Origin: Nemertoderma westbladi
Lineage: Eukaryota; Animalia; Xenacoelomorpha
DNA: 64,000 nt
Direction: 5' to 3'
NCBI GenBank assembly: GCA_032718475.1
Contig: JAUCBJ010004493.1
Span: 49,450-113,449 of the forward strand
The position numbers and the translations under genes were made by a program. A model generated the notes under the pieces. The model saw only the letters and a program-made list of their open reading frames with translations. It had not been told where the DNA came from and made no database searches. Position 1 is the stretch's first letter, and every line of letters starts with the position of its first letter. Below, piece by piece: positions 40,569 through 52,150 of the stretch.

Positions 40569-40968
40569 TAGGATTAACCCCTAACCTGCGCGGCTTATTT
40601 CTTTTATTTTTATAAAATTTATTTTATTATAATTTTTCAATTTTAATTTATGGCTTACTTGTTGAGAAGTCAAGTATATGCGCCGCTATAACTCTGTCAA
40701 ACTGTCCTTCTTAGGGGCTGACAGTCTTCTTATAGCTTGCTGGATCTCTAGTTAATTTTGCCGGCCTCAGCTTTAGAAATAAACTACCCAGTGTAAAGCT
40801 GTCAGTCAGTGTAAAGCCAGTCAGTCAGTTCGTAATAAGCAGTAAGCCGACAGTAGTACTATTTATACATTATGTCAAAACAATTACAATATACCAAAGA
40901 AGTTATATAGTTATTATAAATCTGTGCGGCTTATTTCTTAGGGTGTCATAGTCCTTAATACAGTACAC

Positions 40969-41450
40969 AATAACTATTTACATACTTGTGTGTAAAGTAG
41001 CACATTACAATGCGATGATCCGAGTGGCTTTGTTACACGAACGAACGTTAGTGAGTGAGTGAAAATAAAGCCACGAGGAGCAGAACACTGTAAAGTACTT
41101 TGCTACAAGTATGTATGTAGTAGCCATAAACTATTAACATGGGTCAAAACGCCACCATAAATATTAGCTAACTTATTTATAACATAATTTATGTTATTTT
41201 TATAATTATTTATAGAGCAACTAATTTAATTTGTGCAGTTTTATATCACTTATAATATATATACAATCATTTCGTAATGTTACAATTTTGGAATAAAACT
41301 ACATACATACTTGTTGCAAAGTACTTTACAGTGTTCTGATCCTCGTGGCTTTATTTTCACTCACTCATTAACGTTCGTTCGTGTAACAAAGCTACTCGGA
41401 TCATCACACTGTAAAGTGCTACTTTACAGACAAGTATGGAAATAGTTATT
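40969..41450. mobile_element. MITE with about 150-bp TIRs (ATAACTATTTACATACTTG...)
   Basis: Long near-perfect inverted arms. Further family members at 53797-54110 and 58477-58685, and end fragments at about 54430 and 56500. Confidence 0.85.
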
Positions 41451-41643
41451 ACAAAAGTATGTAAATACAGTAGCTAAGCTAAACTTATACTGAATCGGAA
41501 AATCGATGTGAATAAGATCATTTATATTCCACATTAGATTCTTATTTATTTGCACGAGTTTAAGTATTGCACTACACTAAATAATTGTGATTATCTTATT
41601 GAATAGGCCCTATAACTTCTGTACTCGAGTTCACAGTTAACAT

Positions 41644-43646
41644 TTACGAGTAGTAGGCTTCGCACATGATCGATATAGCTCTATGAGCTCGACGTGAATA
41701 GCCCTTATTAAAAGTGACCCCACAGAGCTTGGAGAGCCACAGATGGAAATCGTCCCGCTTCTGTCTGAGGAGAATGTACTTGGCTAAGACCTGGAAAGCT
41801 TTCGAAAATCCATTCCTGGACAGACTACCTCCGAATACATTCCCTATTCCAGGGATGTACTTTACACTCCGATTTCCCAATTGTCGAGCCAGAAACCGAC
41901 GTTGTTTCTTTGTAATTCTTTCCTGAAAATGAATATATTAAAATTAAAATTTGCTCTCCAACAAAAAACTAACATGATAACTGAGTCCTACAAAACTCGC
42001 AAAATAACTACAAAAAACCAAAAGTGTTGCTAATTTTTTGACGCAAATTACCAGAAACTAACTAGTGGATGTTTTGTTTGAAGTTATATCCGACTACTGT
42101 AGCTAGTAAAATTTTATTGCCTAGCTAGATTTTTGGCTTATTTCTAAATAATTTTACATCTTGCAGGTCCATTCAATGAATTCGTTTATTTTGAATTTAA
42201 ATATTCTCGAGGCAATACTATATAAACCAGAATTCCAATATCCTTCGACATACAACTACAAGCTATTATTACTAGTTATATTAGGCTAACTATTATTATT
42301 AAGACAACAACTACAATTACGGTACTGACTGTACTGTGTTTTGGGCACACCCCCCACCAAATTTTATATACTAGCTAGTTTTTGTTATTTATTTTTATGT
42401 TCGAGAACAAATATTTTTTGTTCTAGAACAAATAAAAACAAAAAAACTAGCTAATTTGTTAACTTTTTTACTTTTTTTTATGTTATCTTTGTTTCCACAA
42501 AATTAATTGTACTAGTCTTTAGTTTTACTAGTTTTTAACAGAGTTGTTTTTATGATATTTTCTGTGATTTAAACAAAAAGTAATACAATTTTGGATGGAT
42601 AACAATAGTAAAAGAAAATGTATGTGTATTAATATTACTTTTGATTAACTTTTGGCCAATAATATTCATTTAAATATTTATTAAATAATCAACTTAAAAT
42701 AATTTTACTTGCTAATCACATATTAATAATAATCACTACCGGTAGCTACAATTTAATGTCGTCGACTGAACACTGATAACCAAAAATGGGGAGATATACT
42801 GAACGGAACTCTGAGCCCAAAAATGTGGGGACATACTGAACTCTGACACCAAATTTGAGGGGGGGGGGGGGGGGGGGGGGGGGTGGGGGGACATATGGAA
42901 CGGAACTCTGAGCCCATTATGGTGACATACAGTACAGAACCCTGAGATCAAAAATGGAGGGACATTCGGAACTCTGAGACTGAAAGTGGAATAATATTTA
43001 AAAAATGTTATTTTTAAATAAATTTCTGAAGATATTTAATTTAATATTGATTGTAGAGTCTTTTTTAAAAGCGATGTAACTAATTAGTTTATTAATCCAT
43101 TGGGTTTTGGCTTTTGTTGGCATTTAATATCTCATGGAATCAGTTTAATTTTCCTTTTCTTATCAGTTGCCTCCACATGTTTTCTGTCATTTTGCGGATA
43201 ATTTATCTTCATGCAGTAGTTAAAGAACTCCTCACACAAAACTCTCTGGCGTCGTATATTATTCTCCGTACCTGTCTTTTAATTGCCTTAATTTGACATT
43301 TGTGCATTTCGCACCCCAAAAATGTTTTAATTTTTTTTAATTACTAGCAATTTTAAATTTGAAAAATATTTTCTAGATTATATATGTTCTAGAACATTAT
43401 ATTTTTTATTTTATTTATGTTCTAGAATAGTGTATAATATATATTTTGTTCAAGAACTCTAAAATGTTGCCATGGTAACAATGATTTATGTTATAAAAAT
43501 GTAGTGCTATACGGAACTGTTACCAAAAAAATAGCTATTAAAAGTAATTTAAAGGTGGGCGCGCAAGGTGTATCGATGCCAAACAAACAAACAAACAAAC
43601 AAACCTTCCTTTTTTGTCTTCTAGCTTTACTCCGCTTCTTAGCCAT
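41644..43646 (-). CDS. BANF1-like: Barrier-to-autointegration factor (BAF)-like protein, 2 exons (43646-43605, 41922-41644), 106 aa, very basic
   Basis: Exon 2 aligns by eye with BAF along its length (LGNRSVKYIPGIGNVFG..L..GFSKAFQVLAKYILL..DFHLWL..CG..S..C). Exon 1 ATG..AAG|gtttgt joins ttttcag|GAA in phase 0. AATAAA lies about 95 nt after the stop. Confidence 0.8.
42770..42985. repeat. Degenerate tandem repeat, about 35-40 bp unit (AAAATGGGGGACATACTGAACGGAACTCTGAGCCC), with a poly-G tract
   Basis: Four to five GAACTCTGA-containing units inside the BAF-like intron. Confidence 0.65.
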
Positions 43647-43779
43647 TTCCTTACTACTGATTGATCGATTCCTTACTAATAATAACAATAATAATCTACC
43701 TTTTAATTAAAACCGCTATACTAATCTACATTATGTTTCTTTTATAACAGAAAAATACTGCATTTTTATGCATAATTTA

Positions 43780-43847
43780 TTTTATATACCAGTTGAATTT
43801 CTAGAACTTATTTTTGATTGGTTAAATTGAAACAATGTTGTGATTGG
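43780..43847 (-). promoter_or_regulatory. Candidate BAF-like promoter: two CCAAT boxes and a TATA box
   Basis: Minus-strand CCAAT at 43847-43843 and 43821-43817, and TATAAAA at 43786-43780, about 135 nt upstream of the ATG. The AT-rich context makes chance matches plausible. Confidence 0.35.
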
Positions 43848-43954
43848 CTGCAACCAGTGGTATTATTCTAGTAGGCGTTTATTTACAGTTTTGGGGGAGG
43901 TTTATCCGTTACCGGTGTAACAGCGGATTCAGAACCCCGAAGAATTGGTCCTCC

Positions 43955-44049
43955 CGGACCGGATATGCTAGCGGATTTAGTCCCATCGGACCCAATCCGC
44001 TAGCAGATTTGGTCTCCCTAGGACCAAATCTGCTTGCGGATTGGGTCCT
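43955..44049. repeat. Short foldback repeat (GGACCCAATCCGCTAGCAGATTTGGTC / GACCAAATCTGCTTGCGGATTGGGTCC)
   Basis: Nested inverted copies of a GCTAGCGGATT motif. Confidence 0.6.
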
Positions 44050-44167
44050 CGTTCGTGGATTTGTATAAATACTGTCGCGCTCTCGTCACTGCACTGATAT
44101 GATCATGATTCTGTAATATGTACAGTAGGGCTGGGAGACCTCAAGTGACAAAATAAAACAACAGTTT

Positions 44168-44202
44168 TAGCTAGCTTTCACCCACAGGGCTTCTTCAGGC
44201 TA
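44168..44202 (-). ncRNA. Minimal type I hammerhead ribozyme (Penelope-associated)
   Basis: Minus strand: UAGC-CUGAAGA-AGCCC-UGU-GGGU-GAAA-GC-UA-GCUA, with intact core boxes, helices I and II, and a palindromic AGCU minimal helix III. It lies 3' of the Penelope GIY-YIG fragment. Confidence 0.7.
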
Positions 44203-44422
44203 GTTAGAGTACTACGTATTTAACGAAAAACTGCACGCACTGACTGAATAACCGGTACCGGTTGCAAGGCTACATTACAAATGTTATAGAGCCAAATATA
44301 CCTATATTCCTATCTACTGTATAGAGCTAATCATAATAATATGTAACCGAAATAATTATAGTTTTAATGTACTAGCACCAAAATATCCTAAACTACTGTA
44401 TAATATGTATAGAGCAAATATA

Positions 44423-45318
44423 CACCATGACCCGTAATATAGTGTCATTTTCTCATGACACGACCCCCCCCCCCCCCCCAAATTTTTCTACAAATCTTTA
44501 TCACATTGCTTGAAATTTGAAACACAACTAGTTCGACTCACAGTGGTTGTTACCATGAAGCCGGAATTTTCAATGTCCCCTTTAAATTTTATTCATACGC
44601 GTTTTAAAAAAGTGTCTTTTTCGAAATCGCTCCCTCTGTATCATTGCCATTCTTCACTTTAGTCGTAATTTTTTTTCACATCAATAGAAAGCTTGCGTTG
44701 AAAGGATTACATATATGTAACAAGGTCTGAATTTCGTTGAGAAACAGCTGAGAAATAGGCACTCAAAGATTGCAAGAATTGTTGTTCGCTGCAGGCCATT
44801 TATTCTATTTAATAAATACACAATATTCTGGAACAATTTGTTTATGTATGATTAGCTACGCAATATAGATATTGTATAGGCATACCACTGAAGCCTACCA
44901 ACTCATAAAATAAATAACACATTCTAGAATTTAGTGTATTTATTAAATAGAATAAATGGCCTGCAGCGAACAATAATTCATACAATCTTTGAACGCCTAT
45001 TTCTCAGCTGTTTCTCATTGAAATTCAGATATTGCTACATATTTGGAATCCTTGCAACACAAGCTTTCTATTGATGTGAAAAAATTACGACTAAAGTGAA
45101 GAATGGCAATGATACAGAGGGTGCGATTTCGCAAAAGACACTTTTTTAAAACAATTATAAATAAAATTTAAAGGCGAAATCGAAAATTCCGGCTTCACGG
45201 TGAGTTGAACTAGTTGTGTTTCCAATTTCAAGCAATTTTATAAAGATTTGTAGAAAAATTTGGGGGGGGGGGGGGGTCCGTGTCATCAGAAAATGACACT
45301 ATATTACGGGTCATGGTG
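44423..45318. mobile_element. MITE with very long (about 400 bp) TIRs and TA target duplication (Tc1/mariner-type ends)
   Basis: TA|CACCATGACCCGTAATATAGTGTC ... GACACTATATTACGGGTCATGGTG|TA; arms complementary almost to the centre. Confidence 0.9.
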
Positions 45319-45415
45319 TAATAAATATAATACGTATATGTCACGAAATAATTTATATTAATGTAAATGTACTAGCACCACAAGTGTCAAATTATAACTT
45401 TTGATGTCATTAAAT

Positions 45416-46330
45416 TTATAAGAATGTAAAAAAGGTTGTAAACAATATTTTTATAAAACAAAATGTGAATGGGTGGTCTGTATGTGTGTCGCTATGTTTC
45501 TGTGTGAAATGAGCGCCGACCGAGTTATCTTTCTTTCTGTTACGGTTACGGATGGCGTTGCGATGCTTCATGATGCGCCCCCTAGCGGGTCCGACAGTTT
45601 CCCCTATATAGTCCTCAGGACATATGTTGCATTTGACATGATATACGACATTTTTTTTGGTGCAGTTCTTAATGCCATGGTGACATGTATAGCACTGGGT
45701 GTTGGGTAATGCGGGACACCTTGGGTTGCTGAGTGAAGACCGTGTAAGTATATTACGTAGCTTAGGGCCGGTGGATGAAACAATGCGTGTTGAATTTGCG
45801 TATGGGGAATTTTGGACTGCGGCTTTTACATGTCTTAGTATTTTTTCATTAATGTAAGGTAAAGCCAAGGGTTGTATATATTGTGGTGGGGGGTGTATTC
45901 GTGTGTGATGCGGGGGTGATTAATTTGTGTAATAAGTTTATTAATTATATGAATTGGGTAGTCATTGTTGGCCAGCCTCCGCCTAACTTTCTCCAGACTC
46001 CTGTTGGCCCCTGCAGCTGTGGTACTGTTATTAATGGCTCGTATAATGGTACTCCTAGCTACATTGAAGATTGTTGTTTGGGGGTGAGTAATATTATAGT
46101 TGAGAATGATACCCACGTTGGCTGGTTTTACGTATAGTTCGAAATCAATAAGACCTACCGTATTAATGGTGGTTAATGTATCTAAAAAAGGTATACTATG
46201 GAAGCTTTTTACCATTGTATACTTGATGGTCGGATGACAGGTACTTAGATAGACAAGGAATTTATCAAGTTCCTCTTCGCCGTGAGGCCAAGTGGACCAA
46301 CCATCGTCATAAAACCTCAAAACCGTCACA
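45416..46330 (-). mobile_element. Penelope-like element: RT C-terminal part and GIY-YIG endonuclease, frameshifted
   Basis: RFYDDGW..HPTIKYT..IPFLD..LYVKP..NDYP (PLE RT and thumb), then LPYI..CYTC..NC.KKNVVY.VKC..C..DYIGET..RIMKH..SVGAHF. Confidence 0.9.
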
Positions 46331-46629
46331 CATCCGGTGAGAGGTGATAGTTAGCTAAGTGAGCTCTCTCAGCTAACTTAGCTAAGCTGATGACTAAAAA
46401 CGCTGGAAATTATATTTTTTTAAATAGTGATTAAATCACAAATATTGAAAAGTAAGATAGGTTTAAAGAATAGCCTATAAAATTGTTATACTTTTGTAAT
46501 AGACCCTAAATTTTTGCATGCAAGCTCAGAATTAAATTCTCTTTCGAATGCTATGTTACACTAAGGTGCATGTCTGGCAGGTTTTTTTGCTGGCCAGGGG
46601 AGGGTGGGGAGGGGAATCATTATGGAACA

Positions 46630-48310
46630 CCCGGTGCCGGTAGATCCATTTCTGAACTCACAGAAATTATTAGATCCAGATCTGAATTCATCAGAATTGG
46701 ATTATCCGTATCTATAATCATTCGAGTCATCGGGATAAGTAGATCCCTCTCTGAAATCGTCAGGGTTAGTAGATAGCACAGAAAATTTATTCTGGAGTGG
46801 TATAGTAATGCCATCGGTGTTGAAATTATAGACTTTAGTTGTATTTATTCTTTTTAATAAAGTTGATCGTTCCTCCATGTATTTTCTCCCGTAACTCTTT
46901 CCATGGAGTAGTAAGGAAAGCTTGAAAAGTAGATAATTATTTTATATTTTATTTATATTTAAACGTCAAGCTACTAATAGTAAAAAACCTTACTGGTAGG
47001 TATGTACAACAATTAAATAAAAATCGACTGGAGACCCAGACATGCATGTAATAGTGATCAGCTGACTGCAGACAGCTGATCACTATTACATGCATGTCTG
47101 GGTCTCCAGTCGATTTTTATTTAATTGTTGTACATACCTATCGGTACGGTTTTTTACTCTTTCCATGGAGTTCCATTATTTCTTCATCTGTCATTGTTAT
47201 TTAAACAACAAGCTGTCGCCTTTGCAACTGCTGAGGGATCCTGCCTTTGTTTATCTGTATATGTTGGGTAGCATGGTTTTTTGTATATTTGGCTTCTTTC
47301 ATCATGTTCATTGCACAAACTATATGATTTGTTTGACGTGCCCTCTGATCTGTGTATGTATCTAACATCACAGTTCAATGAATTAATCTTCTTGTCAGGC
47401 GATTCAAGGTTGTTTTTCGTATTATTGTTATTATTTTCCTCTGTAGTAATATCAGCAGGGATACATTCCACTTTATTATTTTTATTATTGTTTATAATTG
47501 GGATGTTATTATGAGGCTGAGTCAAAGATGCATTTGTCCCACTATGAGTGGGTGTTATTTCTCCGATTCTTTCAGTGATGTTATTATTTAGTGTCTTCTT
47601 AGTGTTCACATCTGTTGGGGAATCGACATTGAGTGAATCATTGGGAATTTTGCTTAGACTGTTTGATGATGATTCCCCTTTAATAATATCATTCTGCTGA
47701 TTAGTTTGTTTAATGAGAATGTTGGAGCAGGATGAGTTGTGATAGTCTGATGAGTCCTTAGAGTAGATATTATCATTGGTTGACGCCAATGTCTCAACAA
47801 TAGTGATAAAGAGATATGAACTATGTGGGTTTTCTGGGATGAAACCTTCTGCTAAGTGTACTCTGGATAATGGCGGGATAGTGGGGCTGCAAGAAACTAT
47901 TATATTATCCAGTTGATGTTGCAGGGTAAGCCTTGTCCGTCTTTCATGGTGCAGCTCATCTACCATATTACTAAAGTCCTGTTTTAGAAGGTCATAATTA
48001 TGCTCCACTTTGCTAAGGCGACCTTGAAGTATTGCGGTAGTGTGAATCAGATCCAAGCGGAGTTGGTCTATTGAAGGAGAAGTAGTCACTGTTGTTTTAT
48101 TAATTATCTTTAAACGCTTTTTGTAGGATTCGGTGAAAGATTTCGCTTCTATACAGTGGTCTATAGCTCCACGATATCCAAAGCCAAATCAGTTGGGGGC
48201 AGTTCGATTACGGAGTACTAGGGAGGCACAGTTAATCGGTGACATAAGATATCGAATTTGTTGAAATAATTGGTGACGACGAAGTGCTTGTCTTTTATCA
48301 GGTGGAAATT
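46630..48310 (-). pseudogene. Disrupted coiled-coil / low-complexity ORF, probably the N-terminal region or ORF1 of a retroelement
   Basis: 301-aa ORF with a heptad stretch (LQGRLSKVEHNYDLLKQDFSNMVDEL). Coding-like sequence continues upstream past one stop and downstream past the 46910-47158 insertion. Same strand as the Penelope fragment and upstream of it. Confidence 0.4.
46979..47158. mobile_element. Near-perfect foldback palindrome (about 85-bp arms) in an insertion flanked by a direct repeat
   Basis: AGTAAAAAACC..GACATGCATGTAATAGTGATCAGCTG / CAGCTGATCACTATTACATGCATGTC..GGTTTTTTACT; ACTCTTTCCATGGAGT at 46894 and 47156. Confidence 0.85.
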
Positions 48311-48469
48311 TAGATATCAAATTAGTAGCATGTCGCCTAGGATGCTACATGATTGCATGAAAATCAAGATCATCAACTAAATCACTATTGACATTTGTAA
48401 ATGCGGTGATGGTAGTGGGTTGGGGATCAAGAGCAATTCCAATTGGCAATATACAGTATTTCCCGGTAT

Positions 48470-48850
48470 TTTCTTTGTACAGGAGTTGGTAGATTTAGTA
48501 GATAGCGAGGACTCAGAGTGGTGTGATGGGAGTAGTATAGAAGGTCTGCCAGTTAAGGAATGCGGGGGAGCAGGATATTCAGAAACCCCATCTATATCAC
48601 CGCTGCTCGTACAGCAAGTCATAACTCTACTAAATAGTGACAAGGCCCCAGACATGAAGCCCCTCACAATTAGTCACAATAGAACACTTACTACATTCTA
48701 ATCCCGAAACAACATGCTTGACTATTTCGAACATACTCAATGTCGGCATACGATTAGGAGAGGTTATAAGCTGCCTGGAGCGATACCATTATATCCCACA
48801 TATACAAAGGTAAATCCAAGAATGGACTGAAAGCTTACTTCTGTAGACCC
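48470..48850 (+). mobile_element. Degenerate LINE fragment (region N-terminal to RT)
   Basis: ISPLLVQQVITLLNSDKAPD followed by W..TII.HIYKG, typical of the KAPGxD / W..I..I.KG region. Confidence 0.45.
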
Positions 48851-48963
48851 ATAGCCACGGTTCATACCTGATTGGCTAAAATATTCCTGTAGACCCATAG
48901 CCACGGTTCATACCTGATTGGCTAAAATATTCGAAGGATGCGTTTTATTTACACTTATTTTAT

Positions 48964-49710
48964 CGTTTATTGTTTTGGTTAGAATGGCCCGCCTCTGTAA
49001 CCTGCTCCTTTCCTTCATTTGGTAAAGTGACTGTTTATTGTTTTGGTTAGAAAATCCCGCCTCTATAACCTGCTCCTTTGTCTCAATGGGTAAAGTGATC
49101 GTTTATTGTTTTGGTTAGAACAGCCCGCCTCTGTAACCTGCCCGTTTCCCTCAATTAGTTAAGTGATCGTTTATTGTTTTGGTTAGAAAATCCCGCCTCT
49201 TTAACCTGCTCCTTTCCCTGATTTGGTAGGTAATCGTTTATTGTTTTGGTTAGAAAAGCCCACATCTGTAACCTGCTCCTTTCCTTCATTTGGTAAAGTG
49301 ACTGTTTATTGTTTTGGTTAGAAAATCCCGCCTCTGTAACCTGCTCCTTTCCCTGATTTGGTAAAGCGACCGTTTATTGTTTTGGTTATAAAGGCCCGCC
49401 TCTGTAACCTGCTCCTTTTCATCATTTGGTAAAGTGACTGTTTATTGTTTTGGTTAGAAAATCCCGCCTCTGTAACCTGCCCCTATCCCTCAATTAGTTA
49501 AATGATCGTTTATTGTTTAATGTTTTGGTTAGAAATACCGCCTCTGTTACCTGCTCCTTTCCCTGAATTGGTAAAGTGACCGTTTATTGTATTGGTTAGA
49601 AAGGCCCGCCTCTGTAACCTGCTCATTTCCTTCATTTGGTAAAGAGACTGTTTATTGTTTTGGTTAGAAAATCCGGCCTCTCTAACCTGCTCCTATCCAT
49701 CAATTGGTAA
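48964..49710. repeat. Tandem repeat, about 68 bp unit x11 (GTTTATTGTTTTGGTTAGAAAATCCCGCCTCTGTAACCTGCTCCTTTCCC...)
   Basis: Units start at 48965, 49033, 49101, 49169 and so on; preceded by a 47-bp direct duplication at 48840-48932. Confidence 0.92.
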
Positions 49711-50049
49711 GTGTTTTTGGCTATAAAATGAGTGTTTTGTTACGTCATATGGTAATCGATTATCGACAACAACCACAAACTATTAAATTTAGAGTCTTTT
49801 ACCACAGGCGCATATTGAAATCTATCTCAGTCTATAAATCATGCAATTTTGAATGTTTTGCCACAATTATTGTAAATTAAACTGTCTGTCAGCCCATAGT
49901 GACGCCACTTTTACATTACATACTTTTTATTTCATTTATCTTCCTTATTTTATCAACTGACTATTGCTGTTACAGTTTACATTAGATTATTTTAAAATAA
50001 TAGCTGGAGTTCTAGTGCAAGTTAAATTGATTTTTTATTAAATGATTAT

Positions 50050-50640
50050 GATATTTAAGGAGGGAGATAGCGCGTTTAAAAGCTGACGCAAGATACGCAA
50101 TGAAGATGATGAAGCATATGAAAATATGTCTCCCTGTAATATTCCTCGCAGTTGAATGATTGAACTGGATAAACAAATACCATTGAATATTTTAACACTG
50201 TTGTTGATGAGAAAGTCTTTTATGATGTCATACAGTATATTTTCCCTTTATTCCAGCGAAGAAGATAAGTAGTCTTGACCGGCTTACCATATCAAAAGCC
50301 TTGCGAAAATCGGCACAGGCAACTACAATACCCTGTCTCGCTTGGTTGAACTATTTAAAGCCGCTGATATGTCCGCTAGCAGTTTACATAATGCATGCAT
50401 GCATCAGCAGTAGACTTTCCCGGAGAGAAACCAAAGTGGTCAGGTGGGATCGAATTGGTCCTTAGGAGACATAACCGAACTCGTTTGTTTATTGTAGATG
50501 TAAATATCTTTAACATAACACTTATTAATGCAATTCCATGGTAGTTATCGGGGTCAGTGATGATACCTTTACCTTTGCATAGCAGAATAATGGTGGTAGT
50601 TTACTGATGTTCAAACATGTGTTGTAGAGAACTGTTAATA
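50050..50640 (-). mobile_element. Degenerate LINE RT fragment
   Basis: Minus strand: KGIITDPDNYHGIALIS..KIFTS, GFSPG, VVACADFRKAFD, RQ..LSP. Confidence 0.7.
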
Positions 50641-51479
50641 TTACAATTACTAGAAAGCCAGCAAGCTGGCTGGAAGGAGCCCGGGGGAAGAATCCTATTT
50701 ACAAGACTATTACAAATAAACCTTGTCGGTCAACAGTAAGTAAACTAAACAATTGTCTAAACTATAAGGCGTGGGACTAGCTGACTTTGTGGCTCGTCCC
50801 ACATAATAAAAAATGAAACTTTGCTATGACAACACACCCGGTTCTTTTAAATTTGCGTGATTTGAGTTTTATGCTCGCACCACCATGATGGTAAGTTTCG
50901 CTTACTTTCGCTTACTTTCGCGTGTAGTTGCAACAATTTCGAGAGGGATTGGATTATTGCTGACTCCTAACAAGTTATCGATCGTTAAGTTGTGTCTTTT
51001 TGACTCTACTATTATCTTGTTTGAGGTGCAGTATTATATAGGGTTATAGACAGCATTTAATTAGTAATTAATAATGGTCTATGCATATAATGTGAACCTA
51101 CCTATACAACCTGTATGTATGTACACAATACGTCACTTAGGTCTATCATGGCTGATAACGCGAATGTTGGTTGGCGTGTAGATTGGCTTACTGGTGTTGG
51201 TGGCGGTGCAAATATGAATATTCCTACTTTAAACCAGGCCATTAATCTGGCAGTGTTTATGATTATTGAAATTAAACCCAATAAGCTTCCCAATATACTA
51301 GTTAATTACGAATTTATGCCCTACGGGGTTTACTGTTAATATTATCCAGTCATAACACGTTCGTGGGGTTTTCGCGCAGCACGAAGTGAGCAAAGCCTTT
51401 AGCATATGGGTACCATTAACGAGTTGTCTGCCGTTAGTCAGAAGTCTTCAACACAATCCCCGTCCTCATCTTGTGCCTC

Positions 51480-51682
51480 GTTGTGTTCGTTCGTTTTTGA
51501 CGAAACTTCAGATACTTTCTAAACTTTTGACGGATTACATACATACCAAGTTTCGTTTAATTTCATCACAGAATAACCGAGTTATTAGCGATCAAAAATT
51601 TACGACGACAGACGACAACAGACAACTCGCCAATGGCACCCATATGCTAAGGCTTCGCTCACTTCGTGGCTCGGCCCACATT
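51480..51682 (+). mobile_element. HINE/DINE-like non-autonomous element fragment
   Basis: ATACCAAGTTTC..GACGACAGACGAC..GCTTCGCTCACTTCGTGGCTCGGCCCACA; 3' motif shared with four other sites. Confidence 0.45.
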
Positions 51683-52150
51683 ATCGGGCAGTGCTTCTAC
51701 CTCCATATTCTCCTTGGCTGCATTAAATTGACGGTTAGCCAACAAGCTGTGAAGCTTGCATCGAAAGATATACCTCTCTGGTAGTGTTATCCCATCTGTT
51801 ATTAGAAATTTCTCCTTACCCAGTGAAGACACAGTTGCCTATGGAGTGGAGAATGGGGGCCGGTGCGGTGGTGACATGAGATAGTTATGAGGTTTAATAA
51901 TTGTGATGGGAACATTGTGATGGCACCAGTGTATGAACATAGCTGCGGGTTAAACCCCGATCCATATCACAGAATATTTATATTTATATATCATTGTTTG
52001 TGAATGTTTATATTTTACAGATCAGTATAATTAATTAATTTACCCCGACCGGGGTTAATCTTGGTAAATATATTTCTTTGGAAGTAAACAAATTAAACAA
52101 TATTAATGCTAAACTTATTAATAATTGCAATTAATAATACGCAAGTATAC

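Noticed and set aside
46385-46412. CTGATGA...GAAA possible second hammerhead
   Set aside because: No helix II or helix I pairing.
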